DNA from: Camelus dromedarius
Taxonomy: Eukaryota
Length of the DNA stretch: 64,000 bases
Assembly (NCBI RefSeq): GCF_036321535.1
Contig: NC_087447.1
Span: forward strand, 50,656,001-50,720,000
Direction of reading: 5' to 3'
This document shows positions 39,667-51,240 of the stretch, in pieces (within the stretch, counting starts at the first letter, position 1; every line of letters begins with the position of its first letter). The notes under the pieces were generated by a model. That model made no database searches and was not told where the DNA came from. It saw nothing but the letters and a program-made list of their open reading frames with translations. The translations under genes and the position numbers were made by a program.

Positions 39667-40569
39667 ATGAGCAAGATGAAGAAGCAGAAAAACCTTTCCC
39701 AATTAAAAGAACAAGAGAAATCCCCTGAAAGAAAGATCAACGAAATAGACATCGATAGCCTACTAGATCAAGATTTCAAAAAAGGAGTGATCAAATTGCT
39801 GAAGGAATTAAAAGAGATAGTGTTTAGAGATATAAAATATGTCAAAAATGAAATTGAAGCTATAAAGAAGAGCCAAGTAGAATGGTTAAACTCATTGACA
39901 GAGATGAGGAATGATCTAATAGCTGTGCAAAGCCAACTAGATAATGCAGAGGAACGAATTAGTGATCTAGAAGACAGGGCAATAGAAAGCACCCATTCAG
40001 AAGAACTACAAGATAAGCAAATAAAAAATAATGAAAATAGCATAAGGGACCTATGGGATAATATAAAGCATCCCAATCTTCGCATAATAGGGGTCCCAGA
40101 AGGAGAAGAAAGATCAAAGGGGATTGAAAAGGTTTTTGAAGAAATCATGACTGAAAACTTCCCAAACTTAAAGAAGGAATCAGATATCCAAGTACAGGAA
40201 GCTCAGAGGGTCCCAAACAGGAAGAACCCAAATAGACCCACACCAAGACATATCATAATCAAGATGGCCAGAGTCAAGGATAAAGAAATTATTCTAAAGG
40301 CAGCAAGAGAAAAGCAAAGAGTAAGTTACAAGGGAACCCCCATAAGGCTCTCAGCTGATTTCTCTACACAAATGCTACAGGCCAGAAGGGAGTGGCAAGA
40401 TATATTCAAAGCCCTGAATGAAAAAAAGATGCAGCCTAGGATCCTTTATCCAGCAAGGCTATCCTTGAGGATAGAAGGAGAAATAAAGAGTTTCACAGAC
40501 AAAAAAAAGCTGCAGGAGTTTAGCAACACTAAACCCATGCTAAAAGAAATATTGAAAGGGCTATTCTAA
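39667..40569 (+). CDS. L1 ORF1p, intact, 300 aa
   Basis: Uninterrupted ORF; coiled coil, NLRIIGVPEGEE, PRHIIIK, ARREW, YPARLS motifs. Confidence 0.95.
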   Translation: MSKMKKQKNLSQLKEQEKSPERKINEIDIDSLLDQDFKKGVIKLLKELKEIVFRDIKYVKNEIEAIKKSQVEWLNSLTEMRNDLIAVQSQLDNAEERISDLEDRAIESTHSEELQDKQIKNNENSIRDLWDNIKHPNLRIIGVPEGEERSKGIEKVFEEIMTENFPNLKKESDIQVQEAQRVPNRKNPNRPTPRHIIIKMARVKDKEIILKAAREKQRVSYKGTPIRLSADFSTQMLQARREWQDIFKALNEKKMQPRILYPARLSLRIEGEIKSFTDKKKLQEFSNTKPMLKEILKGLF

Positions 40570-40973
40570 ATAGAAAAGCAGCAGGATGCTACAGAAATGA
40601 GAAACACACAACTGGAAAGGTGATAACTCATGAATTACAAATAAAGTAAACATGAAATTATAAAAGAAGACGTACAAATCACTGAGAGTGGGAGAGGGAG
40701 GCAGGGAAATATAGAATATTTTTTTCTTTCTTTTTAAATTTTTTTTAACAGTAGGATGGGTTTGAGATCATGTTACTATCAGTTTAATAAAAACAGTTAT
40801 AGTAATGGGTTGATAGATTTACAAAAAAGGGTAACCACAAGCCAAAAATTTACAAAGGAGTCACAAAAATTAAATAAAATCCATGATAATACAAAGGAAA
40901 ATTACCAAACCACAAAAGGAAGAAGAAAGGAACAAAGAGGATATACCAATTCAACTGCAAAGATAAGTTCAAA

Positions 40974-43900
40974 ATGGCAATAAACACTCACCTATCATTA
41001 ATTACTGTAAATGTTAATGGACTAAATGCTCCAGTCAAAAGACACAGAGTGGCAGACTGGGTAATAAAGCAAGAACCTTCAATATGCTGCATACAAGAGA
41101 CCCACTTTAGGGAGAAAGACATGTATAGATTGAGAGTGAAAGGATGGAAAAGGATATTCCATGCAAATGGAAAAGCCAAAAAAGCAGGTGTTGCAGTACT
41201 GATTTCAGACAAAATAGACTTTAAAACAAAGGCCATAAAGAAAGATAAAGGACATTTTATAATGATTAAAGGAGTGATACATGATGAGGATATTACACTC
41301 GTTAATATATATGCACCCAATATAGGAGCACCTAAGTACATACAAGAATTACTAACAGAGATAAAGGGGGATATTGATGGGAATACAATCATAGTTGGAG
41401 ATTTTAACACTGCATTAACATCACTAGACAGATCTTCCAGACAGAAAATAAACAAGGCAACAGAGAAATTAAATACTACAATAGAAAAACTAGATTTCGT
41501 GGATATTTTCAGAGCGTTACACCCCCCAAAAATAGGATATACATTCTTTTCAAGTGCACATGGAACATTTTCCAGAATCGATCATGTACTTGGGCACAAA
41601 AGAAACCTCAACAATTTTAAGAAGATAGAAATTATCTCAAGCATCTTTACTGACCACAATGCCATGAAACTGGAAATCAACAACAGAGAAACAGAGGAGA
41701 AAAAAAGGAAAGCATGGAGATTAAACAATATGTTATTGAAAAAACAATGGATCAATGAGGAAATCAAAGCTGAAATTAAAAAATACCTTGAGACAAATGA
41801 TAATGAAAGCACAACCACTCAAAACCTATGGGACACAGCAAAGGCAGTGCTAAGAGGGAAGTTTATAGCGATACAGGCCTTCCTCAAAAAAGAAGAACAA
41901 TCTCAAATAAACAATTTAACCCACCACCTGAATGAATTAGAAAAAGAAGAACAAAAAGCCCCAAAAAGCAGCAGAAGGAAGGAAATAATAAAGATTAGAG
42001 AGGAATTAAATACAATAGAGATTAACAAGGCCATAGAAAAAATCAACCAAACCAATAGCTGGTTTTTTGAAAAAGTAAATAAAATCGACAAACCTCTGGC
42101 CAAACTCACAAAGAAGAAAAAAGAGATAGCACAAATTAGCAAAATAAGAAAGGAAAATGGAGAAATTACAACAAACAAAATAGAAATACAGAATATCATA
42201 CGAGAATATTATGAAAAACTATATGGAACCAAACTGGATAACCTAGAGGAGATGGACAAGTTTCTGGAAACATACTGTCCACCAAAACTGAATCAAGAAG
42301 AATCTGAACACTTGAACAATCCAATCACTAGAAAGGAAATAGAAATAGCAATTAAAAACCTCCCTACAAATAAAAGTCCAGGACCGGACGGCTTCACCGG
42401 GGAATCTACCAAACATACAAAGAAGAACTCATACCAGTCCTTCTCAAACTTTTCCAGACGATTGAAAAGGAGGGAATACTCCCAAACTCATTCTATGAAG
42501 CCACCATCACCCTGATACCAAAACCAGGCAAAGACACTACAAAAAAAAAGAATTATAGGCCAATATCACTGATGAACATAGACGCCAAAATCCTCACCAA
42601 AATTTTAGCAAATAGAATCCAACAACACATAAAAAAGATTATACATCATGACCAAGTGGGGTTCATCCCAGGGACACAAGGCTGGTTCAACATACGCAAA
42701 TCAATCAGTGTAATACATCACATCAACAAGAGAAAGGACAAAAACCACATGATCATCTCAATCGATGCAGAAAAAGCATTTGATAAAATTCAACACCCAT
42801 TTATGATAAAAACTCTCGCCAAAGTGGGTATAGAGGGAACATATCTCAACATAATAAAAGCTATATATGACAAACCTACAGCTAGCATAGTACTCAACGG
42901 TGAAAAACTCAAAAGCTTCCCACTAAAATCTGGGACAAGACAAGGATGCCCACTATCACCACTCCTATTCAACATAGTCCTGGAAGTCCTAGCCACAGCA
43001 GTCAGGCAAGAGAAAGAAATAAAAGGGATCCAAATTGGAAAAGAAGAGGTAAAAGTGTCATTATATGCTGATGACATGCTACTATATATAGAAAACCCTA
43101 AAAGGTCTACACAAAAGCTACTAGAGCTGATTGAAGAATTCAGCAAGGTAGCAGGTTGCAAAATTAACGTTCAAAAATCAGTTGCATTTCTTTACACTAA
43201 CGATAAATCAACAGAAGAAGAAAGTAAAGAAACAATCCCCTTTAAAATAGCACCCAAAGTAATAAAATATCTGGGAATAAATCTAACCAAGGAGGTGAAA
43301 GAATTATACACAGAAAACTATAAACCATTGATGAAGGAAATTAAAGAAGACTTTAAAAAAATGGAAAGATATTCCATGCTCTTGGATTGGAAGAATCAAT
43401 ATTGTTAAAATGGTCACACTGCCCAAGGCAATCTACAGATTTAATGCAATCCCTATCCAATTACCCAGGACATATTTCACAGAACTAGAACAAATCATAA
43501 TAAAATTCATATGGAACCATCAAAGACCTAGAATTGCCAAAGCATTACTGAAGAGAAAGAAAGAGGCTGGAGGAATAACTGTCCCAGACTTCACACAATA
43601 CTATAGAGCTACAGTCATCAAGACAGCATGGTATTGGTACCAAAACAGACATATAGACCAATGGAACAGAATAGACAGCCCAGAAATGAACCCACAAACT
43701 TTTGGTCCACTCATCTTCGACAAAGGAGGCAAGAATATACATTGGAATAAAGACAGTCTCTTCAGCAAATGGTGTTGGGAAAACTGGACAGCAGCATGTA
43801 AAACAATGAAGCTAGAATACTCCCTTACACCATATACAAAAATCAACTCAAAATGGATTAAAGACTTAAACATAAGACAAGATACAATAAACCTCCTAGA

Positions 43901-44767
43901 GGAAACATAGGCAAAACATTATCTGACATACATCTCAAAAATTTTCTCCTAGAAGAAATAAAAGCAAGAATAAACAAATGGGACCTAATGAAACTTACAA
44001 GCTTCTGCACAGCAAAGGAAACCAGAAATAAAACAAGAAGAAAACCTACGGAATGGGAGAAAACTTTTGCAACTGAAACCGACAAAGGCTTGATCTCCAG
44101 AATATATAAGCAGCTCATACGGCTCAGTAAGAAAAAAATAAACAACCCAATCCAAAAATGGGCAGAAGACCTAAACAAGCAATTCTCCAAGGAAGACATA
44201 CAAATGATCAAAAAGCACATGAAAAAATGCTCCATATCACTAATTATCAGAGAAATGCAAATCAAAACTACAATGAGGTATCACCTCACACCAGTCAGAA
44301 TGGCCGTCATTCAAAAATCCACAAATGACAAATGCTGGAGAGGCTGTGGAGAAAGGGGAACCCTCCTACACTGCTGGTGGGAATGCAGTTTGGTGCAGCC
44401 ACTATGGAAAACAGTGTGGAGATTCCTCAAAAGACTAGGAATAGACTTACCATATGACCCAGGAATCCCACTCCTGGGCTTGTATCCAGAAGGAAATCTA
44501 CTTCAGGATGACACCTGCACCCCAATGTTCATAGCAGCACTATTTACAATAGCCAAAACATGGAAACAGCCTAAATGTCCATCCACAGGTGACTGGATAA
44601 AGAAGATGTGGTATATTTCTACAATGGAATACTACTCAGCCATAAAAACCGACGACATAATGCCATTTACAGCAACATGGATGCTCCTGGAGAATGTCAT
44701 TCTAAGTGAAGTAAGCCAGAAAGAGAAAGAAAAATACCATATGAGATCACTCATATGTGGAATCTAA
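40974..44767 (+). pseudogene. L1 ORF2p with three 1-nt frameshifts, no nonsense codons
   Basis: Track ORFs 40974, 42572, 43410 and 43988 join by -1, +1 and -1 shifts; EN (NVNG, IQET, GDFN, TDH), YADD and CCHC motifs present. Confidence 0.92.
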
Positions 44768-45083
44768 AAAACAAAAACAAAAACAAACAAACAAAAACAA
44801 AGCATAAATACAGGACAGAAATAGACTCACAGACAGAGAATACAGACTTGTGGTTACCAGGGGGGTGGAGGGTGGGAAGGGATAGCCTGGGATTTCAAAA
44901 TTGTAGAATAGACTACACTGTATAGCACAGGGAAATATACACAAAATGTTATGATAACTCACAGAGAAAAAAATGTGACAATGAGTGTGTATATGTCCAT
45001 GAATAACTGAAAAATTGTGCTGAACACTGGAATTTGACACAACATTGTAAAATGATTATAAATCAATAAAAAATGTTAAAAAG

Positions 45084-45301
45084 AAAAGAAACAGGTGGAA
45101 TGAATTTTAATAATACATTTTATTTAACTCAGTATATCCAAAGTATTACTTCAACATGTAATCGATATAAAAATATATTAATGAAATGTTTCACAGCCTG
45201 AAATCAGGTGTATATTTCACACTTGCGGTGTATCTCAATTTAGATTAATTTCAAGTGCTCAGTAGCCACATAAGGCTAGTGGTACTGTATTGGGTAGTGC
45301 T
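45084..45301 (+). mobile_element. MER33-like MITE, right part
   Basis: aattttaataatacattttatttaac...tcaagtgctcagtagccacataaggctagtgg...tattgggtagtgc. Confidence 0.8.
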
Positions 45302-45899
45302 ATTCTGCAAGGATATGAGAATTATTTTTATTTTTTCAATTAATTTATTTTGGGGGAATTATTTTTAAAGAAGTACAGATAAGCTATGATATTACAGTGG
45401 AGCTTAGAAGAGTTTGTAATCGTTAGACATTTAAACAGAATCTGAAAGGATTATTTGAAACTTTTTAGGTAGTGAAAGGATGAAATGACATACAACACTT
45501 GCACTACGACAGAAGCAGAGAGTCATTACATTGGTGGTGTATCTGACAGCAGTGATAAAGCTAGAGCTTAAAATGTATTTGAAGAAATGGCAGTAATGGT
45601 ATTCAAAATATTTAACAGCTATATGGCAAAGAATACCAACAGTCAGAATGGTGATACCAGTGAGCAACAGCTAAGTAATAACCCTAAAAATAAAGCTTTG
45701 CATTTTAACACACTAAAAAATAACTGGGATTTATCCAGCTCTAGCATCATCAAGTGCTTTTATATATACTGCCTTAGGTAGTTATTACTCATTTTACAAA
45801 TTCCAATGCTCGAGCTGAAAGCAGATAATTGATTTGACCAAAATCATGCATGCACACATGCATGCATATTTCTCTACGCACATATGTGTATATACATCC

Positions 45900-46890
45900 A
45901 TTCTCTGGTTCTGTCCATGAGAGGATTTGGGAGTCAGGATCCTCAAAGCCAAAGAGCACACTTAACACCCAGATCTCATTTCTAAAAATCATTCTCCATT
46001 AAAAGGAACCTGAGTGAATTCTGAGGGCTGGGGCAGAAAAAAAGGACAGTATGAGCCTGAAACATCTTTTTGTGCCAGAAAGAATAGAAGCGATAAAAGA
46101 AAGATGGGAACATATCAAAAGGAGACTGAAGCCAACTTTGATAGCTTCTCACTGGCCAAATTTGAGACAATTTGAGCATCAAAATAAGCAATGATAATAA
46201 CAGATTATAACAGTGAACTCATTAGTAAGCCCACTGAAGATATAACGCATTGAATAAAATGAGAAATCGTGAGTCCATACTAAAATAATACATGACATAA
46301 CAAATGAAACAGTGATTATGAATAAATTAAAAGTTTGGTGTTGAATTTACATAATTTCAAAGTACCTTATCACAAAACAATTATAAAGGGAATAAGAGTA
46401 ACTTTACAGTAGAAGAGCCTAGCAGACAACACCTTAAGCAATCAGAATGAGTATCTTCCTAGTGGGACAGATTAAAATTATATGCTACTTGAGTATGCAG
46501 TGGCTAAAACAGCATCACTTCTCTGATATTCTTGCCCGAAATGCATAGTCTGAATCTATAGTCATATGGAAACATCAGGCAAAATCAAATTGAGTGACAA
46601 TCTATAAAACAACTGGCATGTAATCTTTAAAAGTATCCAGGGTCATAAAATTAAAAGATTGAGGAACTATTCAAGATTTAAGGAGACTAAAAAGATATAA
46701 CTGTAATACAATGTGTAGTTCAGACTGAATCCTTTGTATGTGTGTGCATGTGTGTGTGTATGCCTATATTTATATTTATGGTATTATTGGAACACTTAGA
46801 AAAACTTGAATGGGGTCTGAGGATTACATGGTAGAAATAAAACAATGTTAACTTCCTGATTTTGTTAGTAGTAATGTGGATATGTAGGTG
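45900..46890 (+). mobile_element. Ancient L1 3'UTR (L1MC-like)
   Basis: Similar to 25500-26500 (cacttaacacccagatctcatttctaaaaatcattctccattaaaagg). Confidence 0.55.
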
Positions 46891-46896
46891 AATATC

Positions 46897-48702
46897 TTTT
46901 TTAAAAAAGATAGAATTCACATAACCATAAAATACCCCCTTTTAAAGTATATGTTAGTTGTTTTCAGTAAACTCACAAAATTGTGGAACCATCACCGCTT
47001 TCTAATTCCAGAACATCTTCATCACCCTAAGGAGAATCCCATTCCCATTAGCCGTCACTCCCCCTTAATCCCTTCACCTAGCCCTTGACAACAACTAATC
47101 TACTCTCCATCTCTATGGATTTGCCTGTTCTGGGCATTTCATAGCAATGGATCATACAATATGTGGCCTTTTGTGTCTGGCTTCTTTTTTTAGGCCAAAT
47201 AATGTTTCATTGTTTGAATATACCACATTTTGTGTATCCATTTATTATCAATTAGTGGACGTTTGGGTTATTTCCAATTTTTTTGACTTTTATACGTAAT
47301 GCTAGTATGAACATTCATATACAAATTTTTGTGTGGATATATGTTTTCAATTCTTTTAGATGTATACTTAGGAGTGTAATTGCTAACCCTATGTTTAACC
47401 TTTTGAGGAGTCCCTAGGCTGTTTTTCAAAGTGGCTGCACCATTTTACATTCCACCAGCAATTCCCCATATCCTTATCAGTACTTGTTATCAGCCATCCT
47501 TTTGATTGTAGCTATCCTAGTGGGTGTGAAGTGGTATCTCCTTGTGGTTTTGTTTTACATTTCCCTAATGATTAATGATTTTGAGCATCTTTTCATGTGT
47601 ATGTTGACCATTTGTATATTTTCTTAGGAGAAATGTCTCTTAATATCCTTTTGCCTATTTTTAATTGGGTTATTTGCCTTTTTGTTATTAAGTGGTAAGA
47701 GTTCTGTGTATATTCTGGATGCTAGACCTTATCAAATATATGGTTTTCTAATATTTTCTTCCATTCTGTAGGTATTTTTTCACTTTCTTAATAGCATCCT
47801 TTGAAGCAAAAAAGTTTTTGAATTTGCTGAAATTCATTTTATCTGTTTTTTTCTTTTGTTGTGTTTGCTTTTGATATTATATCTAAGAAACCATTGCCCA
47901 ATACACAGTTGTGAAGATTTATACTTATGTTTCCTTCTAAGAGCTTTAGAAGTTCAGAATAGTTTAGAATTTAGAGTTTAGAATAGTTTTAGGTCTTTGG
48001 TCCATTTTAAATTAATTTTTGTATGTGGTGTGAAGTAGGGGTCTAGCTTTATCCTTATCCACATTTACTGCATGTGGATATTCACTTGTCCCAGAATCAT
48101 TTGTTGAAAAGATTGTTCTTTCCGCATTGAATTGTCTTGACACCCCTGTGAAAAATCAATCATAAATGTATGAGTTTATTTCTTTTTAAAATTAAAACAA
48201 TTTTTCTTTCTTCCTTCCTTTCTTCCTTCCTTCCTTTCTTTCTCTCTTTCTTTCTTTTCTTTCTTTCTTCTTAAAGCCCAGCATTTTATCCTTGTTTTTG
48301 GCAGGAGAGGTACTTAGGTTTGTTTGTTTGTTTGCTTTAATTTTTTTTTAATGGAGGTACTGGGGTTTGAACCGAGGACCTTGTGCATGCTGACTCTACC
48401 ATTAAGCTATACTCTCTCCCAAGTTTATTTCTTGACTCTCACTTCAACTCTCAATTCTATTCCATTGACCTATAGGTACCTTGATTACTGTAGATTTTTA
48501 GTAAGTTTTGAATTTGGGGACTGTGAATCCTTCAGATTTGTTCTTTTTAAAAATTGTATAAGCTATTCTGGGTCCTTTGCATTTCCATATAAATTTTAGG
48601 ATCAGCTTATCAATTTCTGCAAAAGGTTAGCTGGAATTTTGAAAGGGATTGCATTGAACCCATACTTTGGAGAGTATTGCCATCTTAATAATAAGTCTTC
48701 CC
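46897..48702 (-). mobile_element. Old 5'-truncated L1 (L1MB-like)
   Basis: Reverse L1 3'UTR and ORF2 3' sequence. Confidence 0.8.
48185..48420 (-). mobile_element. tRNA-derived SINE, camelid vic-1 type, with (GAAA/GGAA)n tail
   Basis: Reverse complement of SINE head (atggaggtactggggtttgaacc...gctatactctctccc); TSD AGTTTATTTCTT at 48173-48184 and 48422-48433. Confidence 0.8.
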
Positions 48703-49440
48703 ACTGTGTGGTCCTTGTGGGGTTAAAGATTAAGAGACATCTTGCTCAACATAGGAAAGGATTTCTGAGCCAATAGATAGTAAGGCTGCCTTAGAAGATC
48801 TTGAGTCCTGTGTCCCTGGAGGTTGCACAAGCATAGGCTGAACAAACAATTTCATTAGTTCAAAAAATTTTATTGTATCTAGGTAGCAGATATGCATGGG
48901 TAAAGATTAATTATATAATCCTTCTTTCAAGGAATCTATGGTCCAGGAATGAAGATAATATGCTAGTGAATACAATGATAGAGGTATATATAGGGTGTTA
49001 TGGAAATGGAAAGAGAAAGTGATTATTAGGGCAAGAGGGTCAGAAAAGAAATTTCACGTAGACGACTTAGACATATGTCTGAGTTGCATTGTCAGAGATG
49101 AATAGGAATTTGCCATGCCAACTAGAACCCACAGAGTTGTGAGAGTGTATTTTGCTTCTCAGAGCACTGTAAGTAGTACGTTATGGTTGTAGCTGTGGAG
49201 TGGGAGGATATAGTGATGATGGTGACAGTGCTACCAGTAATAATAGCTAGCATTTGTTACATTATTGAGTACCTGCTCTGGGCAGGCATTAAACTAAGTA
49301 GCAGGAGATATGGTTTGGGGAACTAACCAGAGGCCGATCTAAGCCCCATAGACTTTATCGCCTGTAAGCCATTAGTATTTTGAGCAGAAGTGAGACACAC
49401 TTTGATGTGCATGATTGTTACCAAGATAACACAGCATTTG

Positions 49441-50449
49441 CTTTTTTTTTTTTTAGTCAAAGTATAGTCGGTTTACAACATTGTGTTAATTTCTGGTGTA
49501 CAGCATAGTGATTCAGTTATACATATATATGTTCCTTTTCATATTCTTTTTCATTATAGGCTATTACAGAGTATTGACTATAGTTCTCTGTGCTATACAG
49601 TAGGACTTTGTTATTTATCTATTTTATGTATAATAGTTAGTACCTGCAAATCCCAAACTCCCGATTTATCCCTTCCCACCCCCTTCCCCCCTGGTAACCA
49701 TAAGTTTCTTTTCTCTGTCTATGAGTCTGTTTCCATTTTGTAAATAAGTTCATTTGTCTCATATTTTAAGACTCCACATATAAGTGGTATCATATGATTT
49801 TTTTCTTTCTCTTTCTGGCTTATTTCACTTAGAATGATATTCTGCAGGTCCATCCATGTTACTGCAAATGGCATTATTTTATTCTTTTTTATGGCTGGGT
49901 AATATTCCATCACATACATACATACATATACATATATATACATATACGTATATACACACACACACATACATACACACTACAACTTCTTTATCTAGTCATC
50001 TGTTGATGGACATTTAGGTTGTTTCCATGTCTTGGCTATTTTAGATAGTGCTGCTATGAACATTAGGGTGCATGTGTCTTTTCAAATTTGAGTTTCCTCT
50101 GGGTATATGCCCAGGAGTGGGATTGCTGGATCATATGATAAGGCTATTTTTAGTTTTTTAAGGCATCTCCATCCTGTTTTCCATAATGGCTGCACCAAAG
50201 TACATTCCCACCAACAGTATAGGAGGGGTTTCCTTTTCTCCACACCCTCTCCAGCATTTATTGTTTGTGGACTTTTTAATGATGGCCATTCTGACTGGTG
50301 TGAGGTGTTATCTCATTGTACTTTTGACTTGCATTTCTCTGATAATTAGTAATACTGAGCATCTTTTCATGTGCCTTTAAGCCATTTGTACATCTTCATT
50401 AGAGAAATGTTTGTTTAGGTCTTCTGCCTATTTTTGGGGTTGGATTGTT
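49441..50449 (-). mobile_element. 5'-truncated L1 (about 1 kb)
   Basis: Poly-T, reverse 3'UTR/ORF2 end; 14-bp TSD TAACACAGCATTTG (49427-49440, 50450-50463). Confidence 0.92.
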
Positions 50450-51039
50450 TAACACAGCATTTGAGTGGACAAGATGGCCTTTGAGCTTGATATCTTTGAC
50501 ACTGTGCTTTATTATTATCATACTACTTTATCAGCTTCATGGACAAATTGTACATATGCCTTATTCCTTCCCCTTTGGTCTACATGATTGTGGTTTTATG
50601 TGCTTGCCTAACTGGTCAGAAATGACTTATGACCCATTTTCCTGATGATTGGATCAGAGGGAAGAATCATCAGTATTGAAGGACTTGTTTAAGTAGCTTC
50701 TTCATCTCTTTAATCTAAACATAAAATGATCATGAATATTCTTGCAGTTTCCCTGTCTTGTCTCCTTTCAGGATAAATTTGGCTCAGCTGTGTTAAGCCA
50801 TTATTTATTATGCACAATCACTGAAGCAAAGTAGGAAATGGCCATACTGCCACTTACCTGACTCTGATGGTCTGATGGTTCACCGTTTCACCAGCCTGAA
50901 CTCAGCTTACTGTAGCTGTAGAGAAATTGGAGGTCTGTTTTCTATTTCTGCCTATACTGAGCACAAGCAAACATTGACAGTTCTGTCTTAAAAGAATGAC
51001 TTGGAGCTTGGATTGTCATCAGATTTATTATTCCTAGTG

Positions 51040-51240
51040 ACTGCATGGATTCCAGTTCTGACTCTACCACTTTACTGGCTATTTGAGCAAAGACATGCCA
51101 CTTAATCTTGTTGAGCCTTAGTCTTCTCATCTATCTAGTGGGTCTAATAATACCTGTAGGAATATTGTGAGGATTAGTTGATTGACATCTGTGAAAGCAC
51201 CATCATAGGATCTGGTAAAGAAATGTCTAATAAATATTAG
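51040..51240 (+). mobile_element. MIR SINE remnant
   Basis: Core-like ccacttaatcttgttgagccttagtcttctcatctatctagtgggtctaataatacct. Confidence 0.65.

Larger units (their letters stand above)
37979..45083 (+). mobile_element. Full-length young LINE-1, about 7.1 kb, in ACER3 intron 3
   Basis: Perfect 16-bp TSD AAAAGAAACAGGTGGA (37963-37978, 45084-45099); CpG-rich 5'UTR, intact ORF1, nearly intact ORF2, AATAAA and short A tail. Confidence 0.98.

Noticed and set aside
39768..40148. 126-aa antisense ORF present in both L1s (also 4868-5248)
   Set aside because: Shadow frame opposite ORF1; conservation is explained by ORF1 codon constraint and A-rich bias
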